Positions 40,201 to 55,200 of a stretch of DNA of 64,000 bases are shown here, in pieces (the first letter of the stretch is position 1; each line of letters begins with the position of its first letter). The stretch spans positions 29,760,001-29,824,000 of the forward strand of contig OZ360223.1 of NCBI GenBank assembly GCA_977017645.1, in the 5' to 3' direction. A program made the translations under genes and the position numbers. The stretch is from Torpedo marmorata. Its lineage: Eukaryota. The notes beneath the pieces are model-generated. The model did not search any database. It was not told the DNA's origin and saw nothing but the letters and a program-made list of their open reading frames with translations.

Positions 40201-43200
40201 TACTTCACGGCTGATAAAGTTGTCTCAGAATGGTTACATTATAAGCAACCAACACTTGACCATACCAGCTCACTGCCAAACCAACTTGCTCATTCCATAT
40301 TTTCAGACTAAAGATTTAAATTCAAGGCAGAAAGCCCATATTTAGTTTGTAAAGTAAATTTTACCTGTAATCTCCCCAGTTCTGAGAGCAAAGGGAATGA
40401 CAATATCAAAGGGTCTCAAGCCCAAGCGATCCATTTCATCAGAGGGCACAAAGGCTCCCTCATGAACCTTGATAACGAAGAATTCAAAAGGTATTTTAAC
40501 AATCAATGCCTCAGTGTTATGGCTAACATGCTACATCGACTGCATTTTTGCAAAATGCTACGTTTCAGTTCAGAAAGTCAATTAAAAAAAAGTGCGATTT
40601 TCAGTTTGCAAAATTCCTCATCAATTCCTTATAACCAAATGGACAAACTGGAAATTGAAACTTTCAACAACATTTAATTGTATGGTTGCTAAATTCAAAC
40701 TCTCATTGTCAATAAATAAAAGTCAAACTACTGCAATCTTTACAGATAAGGGCCGAGACATCAACATTTAAACAAGCTCTGCTGCCAACTCTAGACTCAG
40801 ATGATAATGTGCTGAATCAGTAACGCAAGCATTTGTAAACTGGATGTTTAAACAAATTGGTTCATTCCTAGAAGTCAACGTCATGAGGATGGGGGAAAAG
40901 AGATCATTTAGCAGACAAAGCGAACAAAATTCCATTTTAAATTTTTTTTATTTTTTATTTTTTAAAGATGTTAAAATTTGTGTTATATGGTGAATTTTAC
41001 CCACAATTTCAGTTCTGAGGGCAAAGGAAATAAAAAAAAATTAATAACCAGAACACGTGAACTTCTCCAGCCAGGTCGCATGCTATCTGACCTCCTGACA
41101 ATCTCCAGAAAGTCCCCATTTCAGTTAGTTGTTGCAAGTATCTGTGGCCAAATCTTTCCAGTAGCAGTTTGAACTACAGTCAAACCTGAAGCAACAAAAG
41201 CCCATAAATGGCCTCAATATTAGTACACCTGAGCAGGTGTGCTCACTGCTGTACAAACTCTGCTTCAATGGGACTGAAGTCAGCTGTAATAAGAGTTTTC
41301 TCAATGTTAATTACCAGCTATTATAAAAAAAACATCTGATTTATGTACAAAACCAGGGAGGGTGGAAAGAGGAAGAGACAGCTAGAAGAGAAAGTGCTCA
41401 AGATGCCAGTCCATCTAGGAAAGGTTCCTGTTGACTTGTGCCTGGAAAGAACAAAGCAACAAAGGTGATCAGAATGGAAACTAGTTTACACATTTGTGCC
41501 CATTTTGAAGATTTTGTTAAACTGCATTGCAAAATCTGGATGATGTTAAAAACCAATACAGCTTTACTTTTTCCAAAATGTTCAATTTACAGACAGCTGC
41601 TCTCATGAGATTTACTCTAATGTGACTCGTAACCTCTCTCTTTCCCAGCTTCATGACTTTGGTTAAAATATTCATTCATCAATTTTAAATCTATGCTTAA
41701 TATATCAATTCTAAGAAACTAGGCATATGATAACTAAATTTTCGAGACTGTTCGCTTTTCAATACATTCATGGTAGAATCGCTATCTCAATAATTTACCC
41801 CTTATGCCATTTGACATCTTTACTAGAAATCCAATCTACCTCAAGTATATGGAGTGATTTTAGCTCCACTGCCTTGTGACGGGAAATTTCAGAGATTCAC
41901 TGAGCAAAGAAATGCATTTCTCACATCTTTGTTCTTGGCCCTTCTGATGGAAAATGTTGTACCTGGATCCAACCTGTCAAGCCCTGTCATAATTTTGTAG
42001 TTTGACAAGATCTCCACTCATTCTTCTGAAACTTCGTGAAATCAAGACTAATTAACCAAATTTCTTGCAACAGTTCTGGCGTCCCAAGAACAAGTCTTAT
42101 GAATCTTCATTGTACTTTAAGTACTTTTTTTTTTAATATATAAAGTGAAAAAAGGTACAGCTTTAATGGATTAGGCACAAGTCCTGAACTCCATCTAGAA
42201 ATAATACTTCACTTCCAAACAAAGTTGCACTCCAAATAGCCTCTTAGAAAGATACTAGTACATAGGATAAACTTGAAACAATTTACTGCAGAGCTATGCA
42301 CAGGACAAGATTCTGTAATATTCATTTTAATTGCAGTAATCTGCTGCAGGGATAGGTGAATTAAGTAGACAGACGACAAGAACTTGAAGCAGTGATTAAA
42401 AGGCCAGCAGTACCAGCGGATCAGATGAGCTGGCCTCGTGTATGCAAGATCTGCATTGCAGAGAGGGCACCACCTACTAGTTCCTTCAAAGTCTTGCAGT
42501 ACTTGCCCCACCCTTAAATTGTCTTAAATTCCGCCCACATCAGTTTAACATACTTTTATGTCTACACTGCAAGGAATTTTTTTCCTAATGTATAGTCTGG
42601 AAATATTCACTACTTCAGGGCATTGTAGACCATCAGTAAACTTTCATCCCATACTTCAATCCACGAGGAACAAATGCAAGATTCTATTTCATGGCTCTGC
42701 TTTTCCCATGTATTTCTCCTCTTTATTTACATTATCCACTTGCTTTTCATCGCTCCTCCTCCCCATTTTTGCTCAACCGTTACATCTGGGATTTCAGCAA
42801 TAAACATTATTGTGAACATTTCCAGCAGTTGCTTTTATAACAAAAGTGTGCACATTTTCATGTGAAATAATTGGAATAGGCAAATAGAGCAGCTTCTGAA
42901 CCATAGTTTAAAATTTATCATTTAATAAATACTTAATGTATGGGTCCATTTTGGTACTTAACCAAATGTTCCCTGGACTGTAAAGTTTGTTTACTTGACA
43001 TATACACCAGTTGTGGATAGTGAGGAAGCTTGTCAAAGGATACAGCAGTTGGAAATTTGGGTGGAGAAAATGCAGGTCGTTTAATCCATTCAAGTGATAT
43101 TTTGCTTTTTGGGAGGTCAAATTCAAGAGGAAAGCATACAATAAATGGTTGGACCTCGAGCATTGATTCACAGAGGGATCTTGAGGTTCAAGACTATAGG

Positions 43201-46200
43201 TCTCTGAAAGTGAATAGGGTGCGTAAAGGCATACAGCAGCCTGCCTTCATTGATCAAGCCAGAGTACAAAAGATAGCGACCAATGCTACAGCTGAATAAG
43301 ACTTTGACAAGACCATATTTGGAGTATTGCGTGCACCTGTGGTTGCTACACCTTAGGCAGAATGTGGAAAAGGTGCAGGAGAGGTTTACAGGATGTTGCC
43401 TGGATTAGAGAGCATCAGCAATCAAGTGGGGCTGGACAAACGGTTTCCTCTGGAGCGTTGGGGGCTTAGGGACAACCTGATGGAAGTACATAAAATCAGC
43501 AGGCATAGAGAGGGCAGGAGGTCAGAGTACTTTGCCCCAGATGGAAATGTCAAATAAAGGGCATATGGTTAAGGAGAGAAGGAGGAAAGTTTAGAGAGGT
43601 AGGTGCCTGGAAAGCATTGCCAGGGGATGTGGTAGTAGCAGCAAATAATGGCAATGTATAAGAGGCATTTAGATAGACATGAACAGGCAAGGAATAGAAG
43701 GACGATGTGCACACATATGGGATTAATTCAGTTTGGCTTCATGGTCAGCACAGACGTGGTGGACCAAAGATCCTGTTCGTGTGTTGTACCATGTCCATTA
43801 CTTGATATAGTTAGTTTGTACCATTATATGCAGCTGTCAGATGGCTCAAATTCATTTTATTACTTTTATACCAATTTAGTAAAGCAACACAAGACAATAA
43901 AATGCTGTAAACTCAAATCAGACGATACCTGTGAAAAGAGAAACTATTCAGGTCAATGACTTCATAGAACTGAAGAGGGATTTCAACTTGAAAAGTTAAT
44001 TGTTTCTGCTTTCCACAGATATAGCACAAATTGAACACTAATTTTGGTTCAGATTATTTCAGATTTCCAGCATCTGCTATTTTGTTTCTCAGCCATTTAT
44101 AATTATTTCCCTAGCATCAAGATGTCCTAATTCAATGCTTCATCTACTATTGATTTAAAATAGGGCCCCAGTCAGCTTTTATTTCTAATCAAAGATTTTA
44201 GTACTAAAAACTATAATGTTCACAAAAATCCCATGACAGACAGAGACATCTGATGTGCTCAGGAACCACTGGTTTGGCACTATTTCATCTGCTAAATTGC
44301 AAGTGATCATGTGGATCACTCATTGCCGGTAGGTTTAATTTGTTGAATGCTACATTTCGGAAATATTCAGCATTTAGGAGCACTATCGAGTTATTCAATT
44401 CATGCAAGTTTGAGAATTCACACCAACCAAATCCATTATTTCAACAGACACTCTGGAAGAGCTGCAAAGAAGGAAAATGCTATTTGAAATACAGTCCCCA
44501 CAACTCAGTACTTTTAAAGTAGGCCAAAATATATGATTAATACAAAAAAATTATGCTGCCAATCACATGAAGTGTTCAGTGCACTGCTACAAGTTTGCAC
44601 CTTAGAGTTCAGTTTCTTTGTGCACCAATAACTTGTGGGGGGTATCAGTTGTATGATTTGCTACGTACCATATTGTATGGTTCCATATTTAATCTGACCA
44701 ATGTATGACAGGAAAATAGTCTTGTTCCCCGTAAAGGAGTAGGGACTGTACTTGCAAACAAAGGTATTTTATGTAGCCAACTTTAAAGTTCCTGTTAAAT
44801 AAGCTGCAAAACAGTTCACCTGCTTCAAATTGAGCTCTTATCGTCCATCAACTAATGAAAATAAAAGTCACAATAACAAGCTGGATAGAAAGGGAAGAAA
44901 TCAAGCAGTCCAGGTGGCAGATCCCAGCAAGCTGTGAACACTAGATATGGAAGGAGAGAGGAACAGAAAGTTTAATATATTAAAATCTGTACCCAGGGTT
45001 GGAAGCCAGGGGGGTAAGCATTTAGAGATTGCTGTTGCTGCTGTGGCACTACTGGAACTTCATCTGTGGCCTGATGGATGGCAAATAGCAAGTTAGTTTT
45101 GTAACACATGTAAACATCCAACCCAACTCTTTCACCTGCAAGCTAAAACAAATCACATTTTCCCCCCACAAATATGCAAAAATGTTTTGCCTGGCTATGC
45201 AAAAGTGGTTAACATGCCCAAATTTAATGGTATGCATCATTTTTGGATCATGATACTTTACAAATTGTTTTATAGTCATATAAAATGAGCATTCAACTCT
45301 TTACCAATGCCATGGAAGACCCAGTATGCATACATGCTTAAAAACCTACAGACTATCATCTTCAGACTTTTGAGTCTTGCTGGCAAATTCTATTCCTGTT
45401 ACAAATTGTTCATTGTAGCAGCAAACTCTGTTCAAGATTTCTAAAATATTAGCTTTAAACCATCATTTAAAAAACACATTCATCAACTATGAGAAATGTC
45501 AACTTGCTATTTAATCCTCTATTAGTTCATCTCAATTCAACTATCTTCAAAATGGTAAGCACCACAAAACGCTTTGTATTTTGATGTTCGATCTACCAAA
45601 CTGATCTTCATCATGAAGGCCAATGAGAATACAATTCAGACATGTGACAAGGTTAAGAGGAAACCAAAATCCCAAATCAGGGGAAGAAAAGCCAACTGCC
45701 CCAATGGTCAGCAAAAATCTCAGAGGCAAAATGCAGCTCTTTATCTGTTTTAAAAACAGGGTAATTAGGAAGGCATGTTGAGAAAACACCACTAAATTTT
45801 CCTCTATTCCCGGCATGTATGCAATGTTAAAACAAAAGTGGAGATTTACAAAAAGAGTCAGCTGTTCATGGAGATGAATTCACCCAAATTTAACAAAATC
45901 ACATGTCCAATAGACATTAAAGGAATCTTAAAAACTGCAAAGTCTGGGATAGTGCACTTCAAGTTTAATACAATTTGCAAAATGATTTGTCTTGCTTATT
46001 CCAAAATAAAGGCATTTCTAATTCACAATTAGCAAGAGTATGCAGTATTTTTACAAGGACAGTTAAGGAATGTTTTGTTTACAAGACATTCAATTTTTTT
46101 TCTACCAAGATTCTTCAATATTGAACCAAATATCTGGGTCAAATCCAGGTTAGTGATAAATACCTCAATTTGGATGATTATGGAACTATTTTTGAGAGAA

Positions 46201-49200
46201 AGCCAAAACACAAAGGAGGCTTCGGTCAGTAAAAAGTAACAAAAGGATTCAGTTAAGGATGTTAAAATATATTCTATGCATTTGGGTGTGCATTTTATTC
46301 AAGTATACAAATATTCTATGCATTTGGGTGTGCATTTTGACTTTACAAATTTGTTGGTTCTTGAGTTGCAATATTTTATGTGGCCACAATGTAATTAAGA
46401 AACTTGCACACCGACCTGCTCCATTAAAGAGTTTGAAAGGGATCACCCTGATATAATGACAGATTTAAATACATCCTAAATGTTATGCAGGTTTCATTAC
46501 AAATAATCCACCTCCCAATTTAAAAGGCACCAAACTTAGCAAGGCTTACCACGACATGGAATGGACTGTTGGCAACATCTACTCCTCCAAAGCGCACATA
46601 AACAATGTATGTTCCAGCTTCAGGTGCTGTATAGTAGATATTGTAGGTTCCATCATCATTTTCAATAACATCTGCTTCCACTTCTGTACCATCAGGGGCA
46701 CAGATTGTGCACGTGACTTTGCCTTTTCCTGCAGCCTTCGCATCTACCTTCATTCCCAGTTCTTCTCCCAACTGAACAGTTGGTCCAAGACCAGAACCTT
46801 GAAAAACAATTTACAAGTTGCAGCGCTTCATGAATTATAAAATGCTCAGTTGAAAGCTGTACTCCATTTGAAATTTCTGTGCATGTTACCCAACTACAAG
46901 TTTAAATTCTAGTCTTGCGCCCTTGGGACCCAACAGGTGCCAGACTACAGAAAATCTGGATGACAAATTGCCCTGATCACCTTCCTCTGAGCAGAAGTGT
47001 TCCAGGTTATAACCACTCCCCATGTCACGCAAGAGTTCAGAGAACTCCAGGTTTGCAGGTTAGCCAACACCCAGTCTTCTGGCATGGCTGTCAATCCAGT
47101 TATCCAAAAGGTAATCTTGAATTGCTTTAGTGACTGGATGAATGTTCAATCAACCCAAAAATAATTCCCACCTTTCTGACATCTTTTCTCATGTGCCATT
47201 GTTGCAATAGCCATCCAAGACTTCAAAACACAACTGGTAGTCATGCTCACCAACATAGTAAAGATTTTTAAAGAATTAAGCTATCTCTTTTAGGAAGCCT
47301 CATGGACATAAGCAACAGATTACCTAAATTCCAAATTCAATTTGTAAAAGTTGCTGTCCGTAGCAAAAAAAATGCATTGCAGTTACTTGGAAGTCCGACT
47401 CCCTCCTTCTCATCACTCGATGGTCTACGGAAATGTACAGCTGTATCCCCGTGGAAAAAATTACATATAGTCTTAGAAATAAATATGATAACTTTGTTAA
47501 AGTGTGGCAACCGTACTTGGAGCACATTGGTGCTCAGTTGTAATCAAACCCCTGAGGTAGGGTATACTGTAAGGTATAATTATCTTAAGGGTGTGTCATC
47601 CCCAAATACTTGGACAAAAATTGTAAGCACTGACGGTATGTTTAGTTTTCTTTTCTTTTTGTCTTGTTTTTATTCTTTTTTCTGGGTGGGGAAGGGAGCG
47701 TTAAGGGGTGTAATGTATTCTGTACTTGACATATTTGAAATTTGTGTATATTTCGTGATTGCTTATTAATGTTTTGTGAAAATTTCTGAAAATGAAAAAT
47801 AAATTTATTTAAAAAAAATAAAAAATCTTTTCTATCCCAGTTCTGACAAAAGGGTCTTAGATCTGAACTGTTACTTTTCAATTTCCACACCTGCTGCCTG
47901 AGTCACTGAGTTTTCAGCCATTTGTTTTTATCCCAAACATTCCCCAATCTCCCATCTACACCATCCCATTGCCAGACTTGCAGAACGCGGACTACTCATG
48001 ATAGTCCAAACCAACTCTGGACAGTTAAATTCAGGGCATCAGGTCTGATCCAACAAAAAAATCAAGTCTTTGGTAAGTTGAGTTGATTGCCAAAATCTAA
48101 CATTTAATGGATGAGAATTGAGAGTATGTTGGAACCCAGATATTAATTAACAAAAGGAATGAAGCTCCAATACTATTTTAACGCCAAAGACAAAACAATA
48201 TACTTGACTGGAACCTTATCTTAAGCAAAAACAGCCCTTCCATTGGGTCCCGTGTTCATCATCTGCATATTGTGTTGCAGCACCTCCCCATGTCTACTTG
48301 AACAGTGTTGTCCAAATCTGCTATCTTTACAATCGCAGAGGTTACCAAATGATGAGGCCATTTCAAGTTTGACTTCAGAGTAGATATCTTAGCTTGCAAA
48401 TGTATCACTGATCCCTCATGATTAGGTCAGTATCATGAAGCTTCCCCAACACTGTAGATACTACTGCATGTATTTCTGTGGTTTAGGCAGTTCACCAACA
48501 TCACAAGTATTAGTAAAAACACAGAGAAATGCTGGAGGAACTCAGCTGGTCTCACTGCGTCCATAGAAGGTAAAGATATATTACCGACGATTCGGGTCTG
48601 AGCCCCTCTTCAAGAAATAAGCAAAGAACAAGAAGGTGCCAGAATAAAGACTGAGTGGGGGAGGAGTCCAGACCAACAAAAGGTGTTAATTGGATATGAT
48701 AAGAGGAGAGGTGTGAATTGATTTTGGCTCTGTGAAAGGAGACAGGGGGAAAAGGAAGGAGAGAGATGAACAGAGCTGAGGGGAAAGGTGACAGAGGGAA
48801 GAAGGGGGGGGGGTTTAAACAAAAGCCAGAGAAGTCTATGTTAATGCCTTCCAGTTGGAGGGTGCCCAGATGGATGATGAGGTGCTGCTCCTCCAATTTG
48901 CAGGTGGTCTCAGTCTGGCAGTGCACCAAATGCCCCAAGTTTATCAAAACTCCATTCAACATTTATTCCATAATTGCTGGAATTGAGGAAAATCATCTTG
49001 TTTTACTCCAATGTCGACATTCCACAAGGAAGAAAATTCTTCTAGTTAACAATGGCATGAAGTAAACATTTCCTTTATAATGCAGGTACACAATCCAGCT
49101 CTTCATCTATTTATTGCAGCATTAAAATACAATTGCATTCCCTTAAACGGTACAAGGCAATTGTCAGACTGTTTAGATGAAAATCATTTTCTCATCAAAC

Positions 49201-52200
49201 TTACAAGTGAATCTCATCCACAAGTCCTTCACTTACCTGACATTGTACATTTACTGGCATCACCAACTGCTGCAGCACGGATTCGATAAGGAGATGCTGG
49301 GATCTCATCACCGCCATATTTGATCACGATGGTGTAACGTCCTGTTTTATCTGGTATATAAGAAACCCTGTAGGTGCCATCATTATTGTTGTGGATATTG
49401 GCCTTCTTTGGCTTTCCTTCGTGATCCTGTGAATAAGAACATAACATGAACAGAAGTTGGCCATCCGGCCTGTCGAGCCTGCTCCGCCATTCAATGAGAT
49501 CATGGCTGATCTGATGATAGGCTCATCTCCACCTACCTGCCTTTTCCCCATGTCCCTTAATTCCCCTACTATGTAAAAATCTATCCAACCTCGTCTTAAA
49601 TGTTTATTGAGGTAGCCTCCACTGCTTCAATGGGTAGTGAATTCCATAGATTCACCACCCTCTGGAAAAAACAGTTCCTCCTCATCTCCGTCCTAAAACT
49701 ACTACCCCGAATCTTGAGGCTATATTCCCTAGTCCTAGTTTCCCCCACCAATGGAAACAACTTACCTACATTTTTATATGACAATATAAATGACAATATA
49801 TTATATTGTATGACAATATAAATTACAATACTCCAAAAAGTTAATATTCTCCAAAGACAAAATAGTTAATACTTCAAATCATCATAGCTGGCCATTCCTG
49901 TTGTCTCAGTGTGAATTATTTTCATGTCTGATTTACCATGTTAAAACTCCTTTGCAGAATTCACAGATAAGAAGAATTATATACAGCATGTGACAAATTT
50001 AAATACATTTTCAAGTCCCAAAAAAAAGTCACGTTCTTTAGCTAGAGTAGCAAATGCTACTCAGAAGGTCATTCCTGGGGAGAGCAACCTTATCATTAGA
50101 TTGGATTGGAATTTTCTCACCCCCCACAGGAAAGAAAAGGCTCATGACAAGGAAATAAGAAATTAAGTTGACACTGCTTGGGCTTAATGAGAGATACTTC
50201 AAGATTACAGCATTTCATGGGGTAGCATTACACTGGACAACAAAGATTTTGCTTCCTGAACACTTTTGGGTGTATTTTATGGATTTTGCGCTGCTGATCA
50301 CGAATATCACCTTAAAATTTTCGTATCACTTACCACTTTTTAAAGATAGAACCTATTTTTGTGATTTCCTGTCATATTTTAAGTCTACTTCAAGCACACA
50401 AAACCATGAAGTGCAACATGTCATTGAAAATTCATTTTCTGCATTCGCACTTGGACTTCTTCCCTGCTGATCTTGGTGCAGTCAGTGGCGAACATGGTGA
50501 AAGGTTTCACCAGGACATTGCAACCATGGAAAAGCAGTATCAGGGCAACTGGAATCCATCAATGCTGGCCGACTATTGTTGGACACTGACACGAGAGGCA
50601 TCAGATGCTGAGTACAAACGAAAATCAGCAGCAAAACATTTTTAGGTCAGTTGAACTAACGCAATGTGTCAGCATCATTATGCGATTAAACATGCCAAAT
50701 TCAATAAAGGTTAATTTAATGTTTCTCCAACTTCCTACGTGATACAGGAAATCTGAAATTATCTTTGTGTTCAGCTTGAAGTTGTCTATCATAATCCCCA
50801 TTTTTTTTTTTTCAGGAAGCAAACCTTTATATAAAAAAAGTTGTCCAGTGTAATCAGACACTTTGCCATTTGATCAATTTTTTTTATTTTTTTTAAATAA
50901 ATCTTCAGTATTAAATTACTTCGCCACCCAGCTGCTGGTTTTAAACAATCCCAGCAGCACCATCACTGACCTCATTATTCTCTGCAAATAATCTTCAAAA
51001 TCTCTTGTTTTTGGTGACTGCTTGCCCATCAAGGCAACAACTTGCTTGTGCTCAGACTGAACTTTCTGCTCAAAAGGCTCAGACTGCAGCTTCACTTAGT
51101 TGATGGAGGTAACCCGTCTAGTTCATCTCAACAAAAACAAGGGCTCAATACAGTCTATTTCTTTCAGAGGGCAGGTCAAACCCTCTCCAGTAAAATATTA
51201 GATTTCCCACATTTAAGATTCTGACACAGAATCTACAATATCAACAAGCTCGATGTCAAACACACTATTACAAGCGTGTTTATCCACATTTCATTTGGCA
51301 AGGAGCCACCCAGGATTTTAAACTGAATTTTGTCAGTACAAACCACACACTTTACTGTAAGTGGAAGCAATTCAAACGTACAGTTACATGCACTGAAAGG
51401 AGACCTTCTCCAGCATCTTTGGCATCAATGGTAAATTCCACAGGGAGACTAGCTTGTACACCAGCTGAATTGAGGCCTGGCCCACTGGCCCTCACTTTAC
51501 TGGCATCATGAGTTGGCAGAACCTTGACTCTAAAAGGACTTTAAAAAAAAAAACAAAAAAAAAACTAATTAATTGATTTGGCAGGCATAAGAACATTAAC
51601 TAAAAATAAACTTCCAAGATCCATGAATGGATGAGGTACATACACTCAAGAGAAAAATCTATACAAAGTATTTAGATATTAAATCAATTTCATACAGATA
51701 TAAAAAATACAAGGATACAATTTTGTTGATATTTCGCTCGAAATATCTATTCTCTACCCAAATTTTGAAATATTGCTCCAATTTAATGAATCTGGAAGGC
51801 AATTCAACCAACATCAAATGCATCAATTGTAAACAAGTCAGTGATTGGACAAAGCACAAGCTTGTATTTGCATGTCTTTGACTGAGAATGAGACTAATAG
51901 GATTTTATGTTGAAAATCTGTCCGTGCCCACAAAACTAAAAAGATGGCATCGGAGAAAATGAATAGTTGCAATTCAAAGGGGGGGGGGGGGAAGAAAGAG
52001 GGAGAGGAAGCAAGCCAAAGATACTAAAGATAAATGGGAAAAAAAATCACTCAACTCTGTGGTCCATTTCAACACTAATGCATTCTAATTCTTTTGTCTT
52101 TAAATATTTAATTTCTAAACCGAATGACAACACACACTACAATGTCAACTCAGGGCTAAAAGGTTTTAAGGTTACCTGTGAGTAATATCATCACCACCAT

Positions 52201-55200
52201 ACTGGACAGAAACCGAATATGGTCCTTCGAGTGAGGGTGTGTAGCTGACGGTGTGAGTGCCATCACCATTGTCAATTATCTCTACAGGCTCAACTATGCC
52301 TGAAGATGGGGAAAAAGATGAAATCAAACTCATGGATTACACAAACCCAAAAATTAAAAAGAGCCCTAATTAATTAATGCAGTGTTCAAATATTAGTCTA
52401 TTCCAATGCATTGTTCCATCAGTTCCTAGTGGTGCAAATAAGCAAAAATCTGAAGCAATTGCAAGTGAGAAATATTGTTAGCTTTAAAAAAGCTTAATAC
52501 AAACCCAAGAAAATGGTTACAGGACAAGACATTTGGGGTCCAGTAGATTCAGTATCCTAAACCAGGTATTTAACCTCTTACTAAATTTTTGAATTAATCA
52601 TCGAACACTTTATGTAAATATTAGCGGCTGCTACAAACTATAGCAACGCTGAAACTGGTGACGTACCTCGTAAGACTATTCCAATTACAAATTTAGTCTC
52701 ATTCCTACCAATCCAAAGGTAATGCTAAATAAAAAAAGATCTTTTAACCCATCCAAGTCATTTAGTTGCATTAATTTATTCGACATATACTACCAACATC
52801 CAGGTCTGGCAACTATCTGCAGAAGATTCAAGTACTAGCAAAAACTGATCTACTCATGTAAATGAATTGATTTGGAGCAACTTCACGTTAACACAAATTT
52901 AACGCTTTGAAACACATTTAAGCAAACCGAGAAACTAAACTTTCAATGAACAAAAGATTTGAAAATGTTATGTCACAAATATGACACTAATGGAAGCTGA
53001 AGAATCTGCTTAGTGTTTCAAATTACTTCAAGAGCACACCCAGAATTAATTCTTCCACTGGGCCATGTGAAATGTCAAAAATTGCAACATGCACATGAGT
53101 TTCTTAGTGGCTGCAGAGTGGCTTAGGTTTTGGAACAATTAAAAACAAGTCTGGAGGGGCTACCAAAGAAATGGATTCTTTATATTTAAAAGTCAAGCTT
53201 ATTAAAACCAGGACAGGTGAGTGTGACAACACGGAAACCATTTGAAGCATTAGGTCTAGCAAATTCTACTTGGTTCTTAGTACAAAAGCAGACAAGACCA
53301 GTGCAATGGCCACCCACCACCTTTCGTGCCTTGCTGACATTATTAAGCACATATTCAAACCTGGCTCACTGACATCGCCCTTGTTCTCTCCTTTAAAGAC
53401 GTCCGCAATCAGTTTCATTGGTCTGCGCCATGGTTGAGGATGTGCCTCACAAACTAGAATAGAAAACCTTTTACTTGAAGCAAATGCGCGTTTTGACAAT
53501 GGAAAGTGGCAAGTGATTCTCTCGACAAACTAGCACACAGTGATTCAAATGTTACAATTTAGACAAATACGCTTCCCTCTCCAGTGGGTACATTCATCAT
53601 CTACAGGCTTGCTTCTACAACAATCTGCTGGTCAATCAAAACATTAAGCTAAACACTCCCAATGATATGATCTTACCTTTAGGTCCCAACACGGTTACTT
53701 TAAGTGGAGCCTTTCCAGCCTTGCTGCAATCTACAGTGAAATGTTGTGGGACTTTGGCTCGTACGCCTGAACTCAGTCCAGGTCCATTGCACTGCACCTT
53801 GCTGGGGTTCACAACATCCTTTACTGGTACCTTGAATGGACTACCTACAGAAGATTGGATATGTTAGTGTTTGGAACTTGTAAAATGGCTTTGGGAATGG
53901 GGTGCAATTTATAGTATAAAAAATGGAGTTCATTAAAGTTTAATGGGAACGTGATGAGCTGAACACCTTCTATGCCCGCTTTGAGAAGAACAAAACAGTG
54001 CCTACTAGAATCCCTGAAAAGGCTGAGGACCCTGTGATATCTGTCTCTGAGGGCGACGTCAGAACATCATTCAAGAGGGTGAACCCTTGCAAGGCGTCAG
54101 GCCCTGACGGCGTACCTAGCAGGGTATTTAAAATCTGCGCCAACCAACTAGCCGGAGTGTTCACGGACATTTTCAACCTCTCATTGCGGCAGTCAGAGGT
54201 TCCCACCTGCTTCAAAAGGGCATCCATCATCCCGGTGCCCAAGAAAAGTAGTGTGAGCTGCCTCAACGACTACCGCCCAGTAGCACTAACTTCTACTGTG
54301 ATGAAATGCTTTGAGGCTGGTCATGGCCAGAATTAACACATACCTAAGCAAAGATCTGGACCCACTGCAATTCGCGTATCGCCACAATCGCTCCACAGCA
54401 GATGCAATATCGCTGGCTCTCCACTCAGCTCTGGATCACCTCGAAAACAGTCATTCATACATACGGCTGCTCTTCATCGACTATAGCTCGGCCTTCAATA
54501 CCATTATTCCCTCATTGCTGGTCAAGAAACTACAAACTCTAGGCCTCTGTACCCCCCTCTGCAACTGGATCCTTGACTTTCTCATCGGAAGACCACAGTC
54601 AGTACGAATTGGAAACAACGTCTCCTCCTCACTGATTATCAACACAGGCGCACCCCAAGGATGCGTGCTTAGTCCACTGCTCTACTTGTTATACACCCAT
54701 GACTGTGTGGCCAGGCACAATTCCAATGCCATCTACAAGTTTGCCGATGACACCACAGTTGTCGGCAGAATCACAAACGGCAATGAGGAAGCGTACAGGA
54801 GGGAGATAGATCAGCTCGTTGAATGGTGTAATGGCAACAACCTTGAGCTCAATGTCAGCAAAACCAAGGAGATGATTGTGGACTTCAGGAGGAAGTCAGG
54901 GGAACACGACCCAGTCCTCATCGAGGGCTCAGTTGTGGAGAGGGTCAAGAACTTCAAATTCCTGGGTGTCAACATCTTCAAGGATCTGTCCTGGAGCATC
55001 CACGTTGATGCAATCACAAAGAAGGCTCATCAGCGGCTATACTTTGTGAGGTGTCTGCGGAGATTCGGTATGTCACCAAAGACTCTCGTAAACTTCTACA
55101 GGTGTACCGTGGAGAGCATTCTGGCTGGTTGCATCACTGCCTGGTATGGAGGCGCCAACTCCCAGGACAAGAGTAAACTCAAGAGGGTTGTTAACTCGGC

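Noticed and set aside
41227-41283. Possible extra hinge-1 exon (ttacag|CTGACT...)
   Set aside because: The plausible donors give 37 or 55 nt (frameshifting); the in-frame 57-nt option has a poor donor (gtacta) and the peptide has no filamin similarity.
46264-46338. Tandem duplication of about 30 bp (atattctatgcatttgggtgtgcatttt x2)
   Set aside because: Simple local duplication with no functional signal.
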